A stretch of DNA of 64,000 bases, from positions 4,635,319 through 4,699,318 of the forward strand of contig CM082594.2 in assembly GCA_040954595.2 (NCBI GenBank), given 5' to 3'. This DNA comes from Balanoglossus misakiensis (taxonomy: Eukaryota; Animalia; Hemichordata). A program made the translations under genes and the position numbers. Positions 13,737 through 26,871 of this stretch are shown here, one piece after another (the stretch's first letter is position 1; every line of letters begins with the position of its first letter). The notes under the pieces are model-generated. The model ran no database searches and had not been told where the DNA came from. It worked only from the letters and a program-made list of their open reading frames with translations.

Positions 13737-14129
13737 CAAATGAAGAGTTGTCTGGACATGAAATCCATTTTAAGCAATGGATGTTTGGCCACGGTTGAAC
13801 CACATCTGTCTGTGATCAATTGGAACAGAAATGTGCAATGACAGACTGCTGTAGACAATTGAAATAAAGGTGAAATATCAGATGGTCTCTTTTAGAAAAA
13901 GAAAGGGATGAAACAGATGCATTGTTTCTAATCTGCTCTCTGAGTGAAAAGGCAGTCTAGTTGTCATGGTAACAGTCGGCACAAGCGCTGGGTTGTGACA
14001 TAATCAAAGATATCATGCAGTTAGGTGAATCAGTCTCCGATGTAGCCAGATTTACTTTTTTTGTGACATTACAACTGGCATCTAACAGCTGTGTGTCAAC
14101 ACAGGTATAAGATGTACATCTGCATTGGT

Positions 14130-14272
14130 TTTCTGCCTGACTCAGATCCTACTGATAAAAAACCGATCGGGTCAGACCCACCACAAAGAACATCCCGCAC
14201 ACACCTCTTCGACCTCGCCGAAATTGCCGCGTCAGACCAGGATTATAATCTGACATTTTCAATCAGACCCTG
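14130..14272 (-). mobile_element. Possible hAT-type transposon terminus with subterminal repeats
   Basis: The minus strand begins CAGGGTCTGA at 14272. TCAGAYC recurs at 14142, 14172, 14232 and 14263. The other end was not found. Confidence 0.3.
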
Positions 14273-14434
14273 CTAATAAATAATTTGCAATTCCATTCCT
14301 CAGAAGACATATTTCTTGTCCTTTTTAATTTCCCGTATAACTGTGTTGTGTGGCCGTGATTTGTCGTCATGCATTTCCTGGCATTGCTTCGATGAGCTTC
14401 CTCCGAATCATTCTGATTCTGGAATACATATTTC

Positions 14435-14780
14435 ATCATATGTGTTTGCGGCAGATGTGTGTCTGTCCATGCATACATAAATGATCTTTCCTAACTCTGT
14501 TTTCATGTTTGTATTTGTCATGTTTCATATTACATGTGTGTATTACAAGTATGTATACATAAATAAATATATATTCAAATGATATTGCACAATTTGTTTC
14601 TATATTTATGTAAATGTACATTTATGTATTATACTTGTCCATAAATCTGACATGTACAAATCTATACTTGTATAATACTGCAATGTATTATACATACATT
14701 TCATTAATGTGTGTGTAGAAATTTATTTACATACGTGTGCATACATGTTTGTAAGTATACAGGTATATACAGTACACATA
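14435..14780. repeat. AT-rich low-complexity tract (TACA/TGTA/TATA)
   Basis: Dense alternating purine-pyrimidine motifs such as ATGTATACAT and TATACATACAT. Confidence 0.7.
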
Positions 14781-17700
14781 GAATTCCCAATGAACTGTTC
14801 TGTTCAATAAACAGTTGTGTATTTTAAAGAAGGAATTCATATGGCAACAAATGGTTTGCAGACATGAAAAAGATGAAAAACGAGAAATTATAAATCAAGA
14901 AACAATTAACACAGGGACTATAATATGATTGTTATTTGTGGAGAGAACTCAGTCAGAAAATCAGTTGATGCTTTTATTCACCAGATTTGTTTCTCGTATC
15001 GATTCTGCTAGCCCGTGTTGATGTTCTGTTCGCAGCCAATATAAAGTTTCACTAGCCAGTGATCTGATCCTTCTGTTTTTCAATTCTATTTACTATTGTA
15101 TAATATTTTAAATAGCTTGCACTTAAATAGGGTAACTCAGAGCCCTTCTTAAATTTCTTATGTTTTGGTAATATTTATCAATCGGTTGTTAATACCAAAC
15201 ACAAGATAACCTGTTTTAAGTTTTATAACCGTGAAAATAATCCTGTAATACATAATAGAATGTAATTTGCTATTAGAGCTGAGAGAATTTGTTTTGCAAC
15301 CTGATCCAGTAGAGTTAACTGGCAGCAGGTCTGTTTGCTCACGTCCTTATTGCCATTCATCAGAAATATATATGTTATGATTCCTTGGAGGCAGAAAAAA
15401 ATCTCATTGGAATAAAAATGTTAATTTTCCATTATGATTAAAGACATGAATTAGACCCAATTTAGAGTAACTAGATACGTTTTTTTAAAACAAGATTTTA
15501 GGTCTGATAAGCTATTTGTAAACGGCTTAGAGTATCTGAACATACTGAAAGCATCATCCTTAATATCAGTTGTTTTATTATCTATAAGATATTAAGAGAA
15601 AAGAAACTGGAAGGTATCAGAACATGCAGAGTGTTTTACTGAGAATTGATACGCAATTTAAACAATCTTGTCAACTGGGCTGCAATGAAGTCACAGGGGG
15701 GAGCTCTGTTGATAAAAGCAATAACCCCAAAATGCTTACTGTCATCCGGAATGATGGAAGGAGAAATCAATTCAAAGCGTCTTCAGCTCTGGAAAGCTGC
15801 GATAGAGAACCGACTTATCAGAGGTCTAAAGTACCACCGCGCGCAATAATGGCGGAGCTAATATCACAAATAAGTGTTACTGCCAAACGCCATTAAAAGA
15901 CGATGTTCGACTATAGGCTGATGTTCAGTTTGATCAGATTAGCAGAAAGCTATGCCCATTTAAGATACATGTATATGCCCAAGGATTTACTCCTTCCTTA
16001 ATTACCCGTATTTAAGTCGTGTCTGCTGAAGTTACCGCAGTGTCAAAGGTGCCGGACTGACTGAGTGAGTCCAATCGGATCTTCTTTTTCACTGGGAAAA
16101 AAAATTGACGCGTTAACTGTCATTAATGGTTTCTTTGGCCGTGAAAGTACCTTCTGATTGGTATGACTTACAGCTGATATGACTGCGCTTGTAAATTGAG
16201 CGCTCCGCAATCATAAAACTGAAATTCAGTGTACACGTGTCAGAATTGGTTAGCGTCGTTGGTTCGTAACGGGTTCTGAATGCAATTTCTGAAAGCAAGA
16301 CGATAATACATGAGAATCGTGTCGTCGTGTCGATTAGTCAATGCGAGTGTGTGAGTCGGATATTAAATATCAGTCGGTTTTATTCATGTTAATTTCATGT
16401 GAGCGCTTGCTATTTGAAATGCACATGAAACACCTTCTCGCGTATTGATGGAGTCATACAAACTGTGTACCAGTATACCGGTACATGTACATGTAAGTGT
16501 GTTACCTGACAGTCCTAACAAGATTTCATAAACTGTCTATGATTGAAAAATTTCTGGCACATTTCAGAATATCCAGCCACTCGTACATGTGGCAGTATAT
16601 CCATGCAAAGATGGAGTGGCTTTTCAAATGTGTACATCACCACATTTGATAAGCGATATTGATGACAACTGGATGGTGTATTTGATTAGATGGATTTAGT
16701 CATTGACGATAGCGATAACGGCTGTATGACATCATAAATGATCTTCTGAAATTTCTTTTTGCCGAGCTTTCATCGAGATTGATGGCAGGTATATCCGGCA
16801 AAAAGGTTAATTGCAAGTCAGCGTGTTACACTATATTGAAATACAGGTTGTGTTATCTCTCTTTCCAAATGTAAGTGGCGGATGTTTTTGAGCATCTATC
16901 GCTGCAAATAGCTCTTTCTTTTGACAGCAGCTTTGTAAAGGTTATAAAAACCTGCAAATGTTTGCCGGGATTGCTTGCAACAAAGCCACACTGTAATTTA
17001 ATTCAGAGCAGTGCAATAATGTGTGTTCGCGTTCTCAAACGTGTTCCATTAGCCAGTTGTGTTAGTATTCCGAGCCACGAACCAGAGTACCTATTTCGGG
17101 TGAAAGGTGATCAGAGAGGGATCTATTAAAATACGAGACGGACTGTCTCAGCGCATACTCCTGGAGAGAAAAGAGAAAACGTTTTCAATGTAAGGTGCAT
17201 GATTAAGTTGTTGAGAGAAAAAAAAGACCTGAAATCGTTCAAATGAAATAAAACGGTTGAAATCATTAGTACGAGTACGTCTGCGGAGAACTTTGCTGCC
17301 CACAAAAAGCCAGACTGGTATTTCGGAAAGGATAATATGGAGCATGATGAGTGTTCTATATTTAGACTATCTGCACAGTGAAATGATGTCATTTAGTTGC
17401 GGTTGTCAATCACTGAGCCACTATCTAGCGTGTCGCAATCAGGCGCGATCCACCCACGTGAAACCCCGCTCTTACCCTGGTTTATTTTTTGACGTCATTC
17501 CACTAATTAGCATATGAAAGGCTCATAGCGCCAGTGGCCAATCCCCGGCGCCGATGCGTGCAGGAGTTGATATTTGTCTAATTTTGTCTGGCTGTGAGTC
17601 GCACGATTTTTTTTCTTCTTTCAATCCCTGTATAATCGACTCATCAAATGAATAGAGAGTGGGCTCGAAGAAATGGAAGTCTGTCATTTTCCTCTATTCA

Positions 17701-17977
17701 CGGTAGCTTCGGGAATCTCATTTTATTCTGGCTCATGTTTCTTTCATTCGCAGCAATTTTATGAATTTATTATCAGTAAACCCTTCTCGGTCACTTACTC
17801 CAATTCAACTACACAATGCAATTGGCTTCGAGGAAATTACCTTGTATTAATTTCATAATTTGATTAAAGGACATCTGACATAACTGGTTAACCTGGACTG
17901 TTAGTTCAATCAAAGTCAAGATCAGTTCTGCGGACTTTCTTTTGTTTGGACATAGGTCGTCTCATTTGTTTGGAAGG

Positions 17978-17987
17978 TGATTGACAG
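17978..17987 (+). promoter_or_regulatory. PBX-MEIS/PREP decamer
   Basis: Exact TGATTGACAG within a CpG-rich block (about 17900-18370). Confidence 0.4.
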
Positions 17988-18500
17988 GCCTCGATTATAA
18001 GCGGCGAAAGTAAATGGAATTCAGATCGGCCGCTGCTCGATGATCGAGGCAGCCATGTCCGCATCAGGGGCGATCGATGTGTGACAGTCGCGTCCGGGGT
18101 TTCCTCGTTCACTTGATTAAACGGTGAAGTGTTGACGCAGAGTGGGCCTGTGGAAGGGTCGCCCAGGCCAGGTCGAGCAGAAAATTGCCGCGTTTCTGCG
18201 TTCATTACCGTTGAATCTGAAACGGCGTTGATCGTAAATCAGCCGCCATGTTTAACATGCATGAGGAAACGAATGAATGTTAAAATGCACAGGTTGATCA
18301 GCAAACATGAAGGTGACGTTACGAAAACCGTTAAGGTCAACCGTCTATCTGTCTTTGTCATATACTGCAACTTCTGTCTATAGTGGTAGAATATTTTATT
18401 GAAAGGAAAGAGTGGGTAGTTCTTCTCTCCTTCACATGGGTGGCAGCTGTTATTCTTAAACAATTGATAATACAAAAATACTCTGCAAACCAAACATTTT

Positions 18501-18524
18501 CATCATCATCATCATCATCATCAT
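18501..18524. repeat. (CAT)8 microsatellite
   Basis: Read directly. Confidence 0.97.
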
Positions 18525-21500
18525 TTATTATTGGTGTAGAATGGAGTATTGCCAATAGATGTATTAAAACTTTGCTGCATGCTTCAGGCTGGCATTTCCT
18601 TCAACAGAAAATGTTGCAGTTACAAGATTTCATCCTTTCCTCACAGTCAAACTCGTTTCCATCTAACTGCATGCACACGTATTGGTGAACTTTCTCATTT
18701 ATTATATGGGAAGGAAATCATCATTTATTTAAAAGCATGTTTTAGTAGAAATTGCTGCATGCAAGTTTGCAATTCTTTGTTCCGAAAGCGAAAAACCCTG
18801 GGAGGAAGCAGCATGTAGCCATGAATATTTTTTCCGTACAAAATTTGACCCCCTCGTCCTATTTTCAGTAAATGCCTGGAAGAGATGAGAACAGAATGCA
18901 ACCCTAGGAATGACATCGATTTCAGATGGTGAATCCGTAATCCTCCCATAAAGTATGTATAGCTGAAAGATTTCATGCCCAAGAAGGGTTCACCTGTGCA
19001 TATTTCATCATTGTACAAAGTATACAACAACCCTCTTACAAAATATTTGCAAATTTAAAGTTTGCACGGCCCCTAACTGGATCTTAAAAGCAAGACATTT
19101 TCATGATTGTAAACATAAATTTATTCTTTCACATATTTTATATAATTAAAGTAATGAAGGGGTAAGGTAAATAATGTAATCTTTAGTTGTTAGTACATTG
19201 TACCGTTAAAAAAGATTAAAATCTAAATGCTAGGATTTTACAGACCTTTTTTCCCTGATTTGTGTAGTTTGTTTGTATATCATTTGCATGTGTCATTGTG
19301 CAGAATAATTCTCATTCAGGACTAAATAAATCCACCTGGTTTGCTTTCGAAGAGTCTTTGATTATTGTAAAGGGATAGAAGTGTTCACACTGACAGGTCA
19401 TAAATCAACATTCCTCATCACATGTATTCAAAATTTTATATGTCACGTCATATGTTTTATGATTTAAACCCTTGTCATCTTCTCTGGCTTTGTGAAATAT
19501 TATTATTCTGCCACAATTGGCTTTGATGCGTACCGGTAGAATGTGTCACTTCTATAAAGTGTACTTTGATATGTAAATTCAAGAGATGAGCGCTCATAAA
19601 AATTCTCTACAGCGACGCTACATTATAGGAGTTTTTACCTAAAATTCCCTTAATGTAGAAGTTGCACATTATAAATTGAAGGGCTCCTAAAAGCCTGTGA
19701 AATTCTTTTTCAAGATATTTTTAGACTCCAAATACCTTGTGGCCCACGGTAAAGCTTTCATCAAATTAGAGATAGTCAATCTGTCCGTTGAATGCAGAGC
19801 TAAAAATATCGCAAATCACACCTACGTTTTTCCCCCACATAATTGTTTTCAAGCTCCGGTCACTCAGTCTTTAAGCCAGCACAGATTTTGTCATAAATAC
19901 CTGCGTAGGTTGCCCTCAGTAAAATCTAATTTCTATTCCTCCCACTGAAAAAATCCTGCCGTTCGGTTACTACCTCGGGTAATATCCGAATTTTCGCCCC
20001 AAACGTTAATGAGTTTTTCACTACATTTATATTGATCTGGCGGCACCCGAAGAAGTTCAAAGATTAATATCGGACGTTAAAATATTGATTTTTGTACCCT
20101 GACCCTGTTTTGAATGAATCCCACAACTTCAGTTCAAACAAATACAACAATTTCCTGCTGCCGTAATATGTGAATATAATCAAGCGTATGAAAATTATCG
20201 TGACGTAGGCTGTTGATATAAAAACAGATGGGGACAGATACTACGCAGTGTTTAGATTTTTTTATGCTTGCGTGACTCTGAAAGAGATATCAGATTTGTA
20301 CTGAAAGCCGGAATTAATGAATTAACTGGGCATTAGAGAAATGTATTCAGGAAGACTGTTTTTCTCTCTCTCAAAAAAGCCAGTGTCTGGACAGGACGTT
20401 ATTAGAGCCATCCATGCAGTCAGACAGTCTGGCTTGTGCAAAGCCTTCAGATGTCCCCTTTGTGTTCCGGTTGCCAGTTGCCGAGATTAAACCATCAGAT
20501 ATCACTTCAGTGATCGGGATTCCTCTTCGTATTATTTGTCCTGGGTCTCCATTCGTCATTGTCACGTCGATCACAAAGATTTGGAATTTCGTCACAGTCA
20601 CATATCCGGAGTGATTTTTCTTTCATTCAGTCCCGGCCTCCCTCTCCGCCCACTCACGAACAGATGTGTGTACCAGTGTATACGGACATTACGTGGCGAA
20701 ATATGCTGGTTATGGTATGCAGGCCATCATTCATATCAATCTTATTGAAGTGGGCAGATATGTCTGTGAGCGTGTCCCATTGCTTTTATACAAACCGAAC
20801 ATTGTTGTGCTGCTAAAAATAAAACGGCCAAAGGGTGACACAGTTTTATCTGTGAAAGGTCAAGTCTAGTGTGATTGTAAAGCAGAAAATAAAAAGCTTG
20901 TTTTGCTGTCCATAAACCAGGTAACTGTTTACAGGAAAAGTTACCCTGAAGTAGTGTAAATTTGAGAAGAAATATGTTAACTTTTTTCTTTCAATGTAGT
21001 CCTTTTAGTGTTGTCATGTGGTATTTTATTTACCACAACATGGGACACTGTAGTCATTTTCTTCTCTATCCCATCCACCCATTACCTATAGCTTTCATCA
21101 CAACATGTACAGTAAGATGTTTACGTTGATGGTTTTGATAAAATTTGGTTTTTGTTATTAAGTGAGGTAGTGACGAGGCATTTGTTATTAAATTTGGGAG
21201 ATTTCGTATGTCAACATCAGTTTTAACCTAAAAAATATTCATACCCGATGGTTTTGATGAGCATCCTTCCGGCAGATGTGACTGGCAGTAGTACAGTGGA
21301 CCTACTTTTGTTACATTTTTGTTATTGCAACGTCTCTGTAACATGTGTTTTAATGTAGACCTTTTGTCCACCAGTGTACCTGGTGTTTTGTTCATTGTTT
21401 GTTTTTATGTGCCCATCTTGGGCAGTCCTGTGTTGTGTGATCCATGACTGATTGGACTTCTGCTATTGGAAATTAATAACAAATACGATTGCAAGGGCTC

Positions 21501-21979
21501 TCCCCCACCCCCTTCATCTTGTCATTTCTACACAATGAACTTAACGGTTTTTGATTCTCACGAGATGCGTGCGAAACCCTTGTTTGCTGTTCAACAGAAA
21601 CAAAGACGTTAAAAAGTGATAAATCATCTGTCGATTGAGTAAAAGTAAATTGGGCATTGATTCCAGGATTAACGACTGACATAATTTATAGCACATACAC
21701 TTGACCCGCGGAACAAGGACGATGAAATCGCATTGTAATTTCAGGATTTACCAAGCAGGCGTAATTTATCGCCACTGCTAAGTGGGTACATTTCAGCCAA
21801 CTGGAAAGCTGTCATTTGTACGTCATTCCGCGCGATCATCCTGTCCAGCTCGCGTTTATTATGAATGATTTCTTTTCCTAGTGTTACCTCATCACATGTA
21901 ATGGTTGTAGCCGAACCCATGAAATGTTAACTTAATGTTCCGCAAGGATTACCTGTTCATCTTGTGTGAGTTATTTGTA

Positions 21980-22067
21980 TTTTAATATTTAATGATGCCT
22001 GCATTCGCGACGGCCGAGGCTGTAAGCCATTCGCGGATGCGGCATGAAAGATTTAAGGAAAAACTTC
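21980..22067 (+). ncRNA. Candidate pre-miRNA-like hairpin (no known family recognised)
   Basis: ATGCC-T-GCATTCGCGA (21995-22010) pairs with TCGCGGATGC-GGCAT (22031-22045): 15 bp, one G.U, one bulge. GGC/GCC closes an 11-nt loop; an imperfect AU-rich lower stem and a CNNC (22064-22067) follow. Confidence 0.3.
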
Positions 22068-25000
22068 TCTTAAAACTGATGGTGTAGATTGATTTCTCTC
22101 TTTCTCGGAGGTTCAATCTCTGAGAAGTCAGCACCTTGCACGTGCTACTCTCATTTAAACTGAAAATAACCCCAGACTGTAATAACTGTGGCAACTTTTG
22201 ATATCCAATAGCAGCGACTGGAAAAGTTGGATCAATGAATTTACGTGGCCGGTCGTGTCTGGGCGAGCTATATGTTCCATCAGACGTGCCTTAAATGATT
22301 GATGACTTGTAATGGCACAATTTGGCACCACACAGCTTAATTCATTTATGCAAGTCAGATTTCTGTAACCATGGGTTTGCCGGCTTTAAGGATGGTGATT
22401 TACATAAATCATTCAATCTGGAGCAAAGTGAGACCTCAGTGTTTGTGTGCAGAATACCGTATTGATTTGCATACTACTCATTTACATCTTGTTTGGTACA
22501 TGCACCATGTGTATTGGGGTTATCAAGTGAACGATTAATACAGTTGGTGAATCTTCGTCTCCTGGGTCATTTAGAAAAATTAAACATGGAGCATATGGCT
22601 TCTGTTTACCGAACAAAGTAGGATCCGGTTCATTTTCGATACCAAACCTAGCTGTGCTCACCAAGCACAAACTGTGATTTTGCCTGGACTTGTATAGGCA
22701 GGACAGACTGTGTAAAAACCTGGAAATGTTAATTTCAAAGATTCTTCAGTAGACTGGAATTTCTAGCAATATAAGTTGAATGTGGTTTGATGAAATAGGT
22801 ACTAAATGTTATGCATGTGTCATTATAATCTATCATAATCAATTGCAATGATGCATAATGTGCCATAATATTTTACAAGGCTGGTAAATTATTGCATTCC
22901 AGAACTTTACACTGTGTCCATGCAAGTTTATTATATTCATTTCACGTATTCCCAATTAATAACCATGTGCTGAAAGAAGCGAAATTACAAAGTCATCCTG
23001 ATGAAATTTATTGACGCAATTACGGTTCATCTTGTACACACGGAGGTAGTAGACTTCACAGAATCAACAGATTTGTTCATCAATACCGAATAAGTTATAA
23101 CCTGCACTGTGTGTTTTATTCAGCTACCTGGCCTGGCACAGAGATAGATTGCTTATTTAGCAAGTACCGGTATTGCGTTTCACAAGCTAAAGAAATCAGA
23201 CAGGCGTATTACTTAAATCGTCCCACTTGCTGATGTCAGATGTGGGAAGGGAGTGATCACAGCATCCGACAGGATGTTCATCAGATGTTTTCACAGTGAG
23301 AGTGGCTTTTTTGAAAATTGATTCAAGGCATGATTAATTAAACCCCTTGCTCAGGCTAGTCAGCTTAATTGGATTGTTTTCCTGTATACCTGTATTGGAA
23401 AACGTCAGCTCAATTCTTTAATTGTCAAGGGAAACTGAATTTGTCAGGGTACAAATTCAATCTCTCAGTGGTTGACTTTGAAGCTTTAATGTCCTATAAT
23501 AACACAGGTTCAAGGTCAGATAATAAGGTATTTTTCATGGTAAACATTTCCAGTGCTATTATCAAGATCAGCTGGTTATAAATACAAAGATCTGCAATTA
23601 ATCTGATAATGTATCTGACTGCCACTGACAGTATTTCTTGTTAAGTCAGAATGAGTGTGTATTGGCCATCTGAGAAATGTCTGTGTTGATGGCTCGGATG
23701 AAACTGCAAATTCCTATCAGGTCTTCTAGGTGAGCATTTACTCTTAGATGTCCTGATAAGCTTTCATGTCTTACAACTGTAACACAAATAGTTTTCACCC
23801 TAGTCTGGCTGATATATGTGAAAGTCGTTCTGGTACTTTCTCATTTCCTTGCATGTTTATAGACAACTTGAACTTGAAAACAATAAACAAAGGATCAACG
23901 GGGAAAGGGCCTGTTGTCCGTCGTCAGCTCTGCTCCAATTTCCGCAAAGCGGCAATCTTCTTTTTGCGAAATTGCATTACCGCACGGGGACAACTGAATG
24001 CAATGATTGATAGCATTATTGCTAAATTAATCCAGCACTCTTGAAATAGCTCTGGAGATGGATCCGCCAACTTGTCTTGTCCCCGGACGCATTGTTGCCG
24101 TCACAGAAAAAGTGACGCACATCCAATTAAGCATGAAGGCGGTGGTGTCTCTATCTCCCGGCGTTGTGACGTTCTTTCGTGTTTTCATGCCACTTCAAAT
24201 ATTAATTAGATGCGAGGGAGCTGGCCACCACGGCCTGACCGTAGATATAATGATTGTCCAGAGATCAGTAATATACATTTCAACTATTTATATTTCAAGG
24301 GTCACAGAAATCTTACTTGATTACCCGAGGTTGGACATGAAAGGGGAAATTATGGGACTTGCGTGGTGGTCGTAATGAAATTTTGCATCTGAAAATTCAT
24401 TTTGTCAGCTGAGATACATGACTTAGAGTACCAAGGTTTTACCTGTGAGTTTCTTAAATAGAGTTTTCAGCGACCCTGCAGGACTATACTACGATGCAGA
24501 TTTTGTCAACAATTTATGAATTACAGCGACCATTATGTCTAAATCAATAATGTTCTGATGTCATGCAATTCCGCTTCATGTTACTGTGTTTATTGGTCCC
24601 CTAGCTTCAGTGCATCCCTGCTGCTTACAAGCCCCAATGCTTGAAGAATTCAGCTCATTGTGATTGGTTCAATAATGGTGAGACCGACAGTATTCTTGGA
24701 ACACGGCCTGTTATTCATGGTCCATGATTCAGGCAAACATAACCACAGTTTCAAAGTCAGTCAATGCATGCAGGATCACGTTTGTGCTTGCTTAAGCTGA
24801 ATCCTGGGATTTTCAACATACTTTTCTGAGAAACGCTCAGAATGAAAAAAAAAAAACATGCATATGATTTATGAGTTATGTTTCCATCAAAGTATTGGAA
24901 CAGCTAGTGTTTATATTTTCCCCACTAATGTGCAGAAGCATCACATCATATGAGCAGATCACAAAATCATAAAAAGCAACCATGGACCAGGACATCGCTA

Positions 25001-25344
25001 ATACCTTTGAATTCCTGACTTTATATTAAACCAAAATGTATATTACATCATCATGATGAACCATACAGAATACCTAAGTGATAAATCATGTAGTTACCAA
25101 TCCAGCCTTCACTGACTATTTTTTGTGGCTTTTTTGACAACTTGCTATTCAGGCATATCTACCGGTATACATGTGTGTTCATTCCACCTGTCTTGTACCA
25201 GCATGTGCATGCATGCATTACTCTACTCTCATCAGATGGTTGCTGTGTATACCCCTGGTACACACAGTACACCTACATGAACAACATGCCTGGGGCTTGT
25301 CTATGTTATTGGCGGCATGTCTACTCAATCTCAACAAGTATTCA

Positions 25345-25360
25345 AGGTCACCTCAGGTCA
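25345..25360 (+). promoter_or_regulatory. Nuclear-receptor DR4 element
   Basis: AGGTCA-CCTC-AGGTCA, both half-sites perfect. Confidence 0.3.
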
Positions 25361-26056
25361 CAGTGTTGAGTTTGGGGTATCCTTGACGATCTCAAGAGGG
25401 AGGTTGTCACCACCAGACGCGATCCTCAAATGTACTTAAGTAATACGGGTCTTTGATAGTCTTGCCATTTTCTCGAGGGAATCGGACAAAATTGCAAATT
25501 CATTGATTTTTTTCTCCCCAGTTCTGTGCCGGAGGTCGGTCCATCTTGGGCTCTCAGTAGACTCGCGGCTTGATGACACATCCAGGAATTTAAACCATCC
25601 CCGTAATGGCTGGAATATACGTTGACACTAAAAACACTAAAAGTGAATTATGGCCAACTGAAAAAGTACAGAAATCCAGTGACAGACTGCATGTCAAAAT
25701 CCTGATACACTGCCATCAAATGAGCAGCTACGGAAGCCAAACTATCGGCAACAAAAAATGCAGGGTAGATTCTAATTTCAGACAGAATGGCCTGTAAGCT
25801 GTTGTGTTCTGTTGGTACGAGTGTTAATTAAATTGCATTGGGATAAAAAGTGTGGGGAAGGAAGATTTCTCGCTGGAAGGATAAGTCTCTCCTCATTTGA
25901 AAGTTACTATTCTAATCACCACTGAGTACAAATTCTCCAACATCTATCAGATATTTATTGCAAGAAATAGTCATATATGGAAATTTGTTTGATGTGATCT
26001 TTTTCCAATTGAGGAACTAACCATTGAGCTTAATGTTTTTTCTTCAAAAATTGGTC

Positions 26057-26059
26057 TAT

Positions 26060-26102
<43 letters not shown>
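26057..26102. repeat. (TATT)11 microsatellite
   Basis: Read directly. Confidence 0.97.
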
Positions 26103-26671
26103 TATTGGGGGATAAATACTATAATATTGAAATTAAAGTAACAAGGATCAGTTTGTTGAGTAATGAGGACGTGATACCGTGATGAAAATAAAGTGTCTGT
26201 CTGATGTCTGTGTGTGCGTATTTATAGATGAAGCTATAGATGTTCCTTTCTGTCGGTGCATTACACAGAATGACTGCGCTCTCCGTCCTGAAGGCATTTC
26301 TAATTGTAGCGACAAATCATCCTATTGTATGGTTTCTTGATATACAAATAAATTACTTTTGCCGCTGGGCGTCCCAGTAATTGATTAACTGAATAAGTCC
26401 TCGGCTGGGTTTTTACCATTTTTAATGCCAACACCGTCAATTTGTTAATTTGGTTGATAACGGCTGCCTGGATTTTTTTTCTCTCGCCTGGGGTATTGAT
26501 ACTTAAAAAGATTTTTTTTTCCTAAGCGCTAGAAATCAGATGGTTGCTTGTTGTAGCATGCACCACATTAGACTTAACCTGATAAATTGCAGAACTAAAC
26601 ACTAGTAACTATGAAAAATCAAATTTACTGGTTTCATCATGTATTTGAAAACAAAGCTATACTCTATCTGA

Positions 26672-26850
26672 TTAACCCTTTTAATGCATGTCAACTTGTT
26701 GTAATTTTTCACCAAATCAACCTCATAACTTTTACCATATTTTTCCGCTGAAAGTTTGATCAAGACCTGCAGGTAATGGAAAATTATGGTGACTTGGTCT
26801 AGAATTAAAAGAAAAAAGGGGGAAAAATGTGCAAAAATGATAAAAAAAGT
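26672..26850 (+). mobile_element. Possible degenerate TTAA-CCCTTT MITE fragment
   Basis: Starts TTAACCCTTT, like the element at 117-191, followed by a T-rich then A-rich interior; right TIR not found. Confidence 0.25.
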
Positions 26851-26871
26851 TGAACGGGAACAGACGTAGAG

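Noticed and set aside
20658-20812. Minus-strand exon candidate (TTTTATTTTTAG ... GTGAGT)
   Set aside because: Stops in all three frames and a weak exonic side of the donor; expected by chance in 64 kb.
21163-21171. TGAGGTAGT, the 5' end of let-7
   Set aside because: Match stops at 9 nt and there is no hairpin.
23221-23248. TCCCAC..GTGGGA dyad resembling a paired Su(H)/CSL site
   Set aside because: Orientation is opposite to the canonical paired site and the first half is incomplete.
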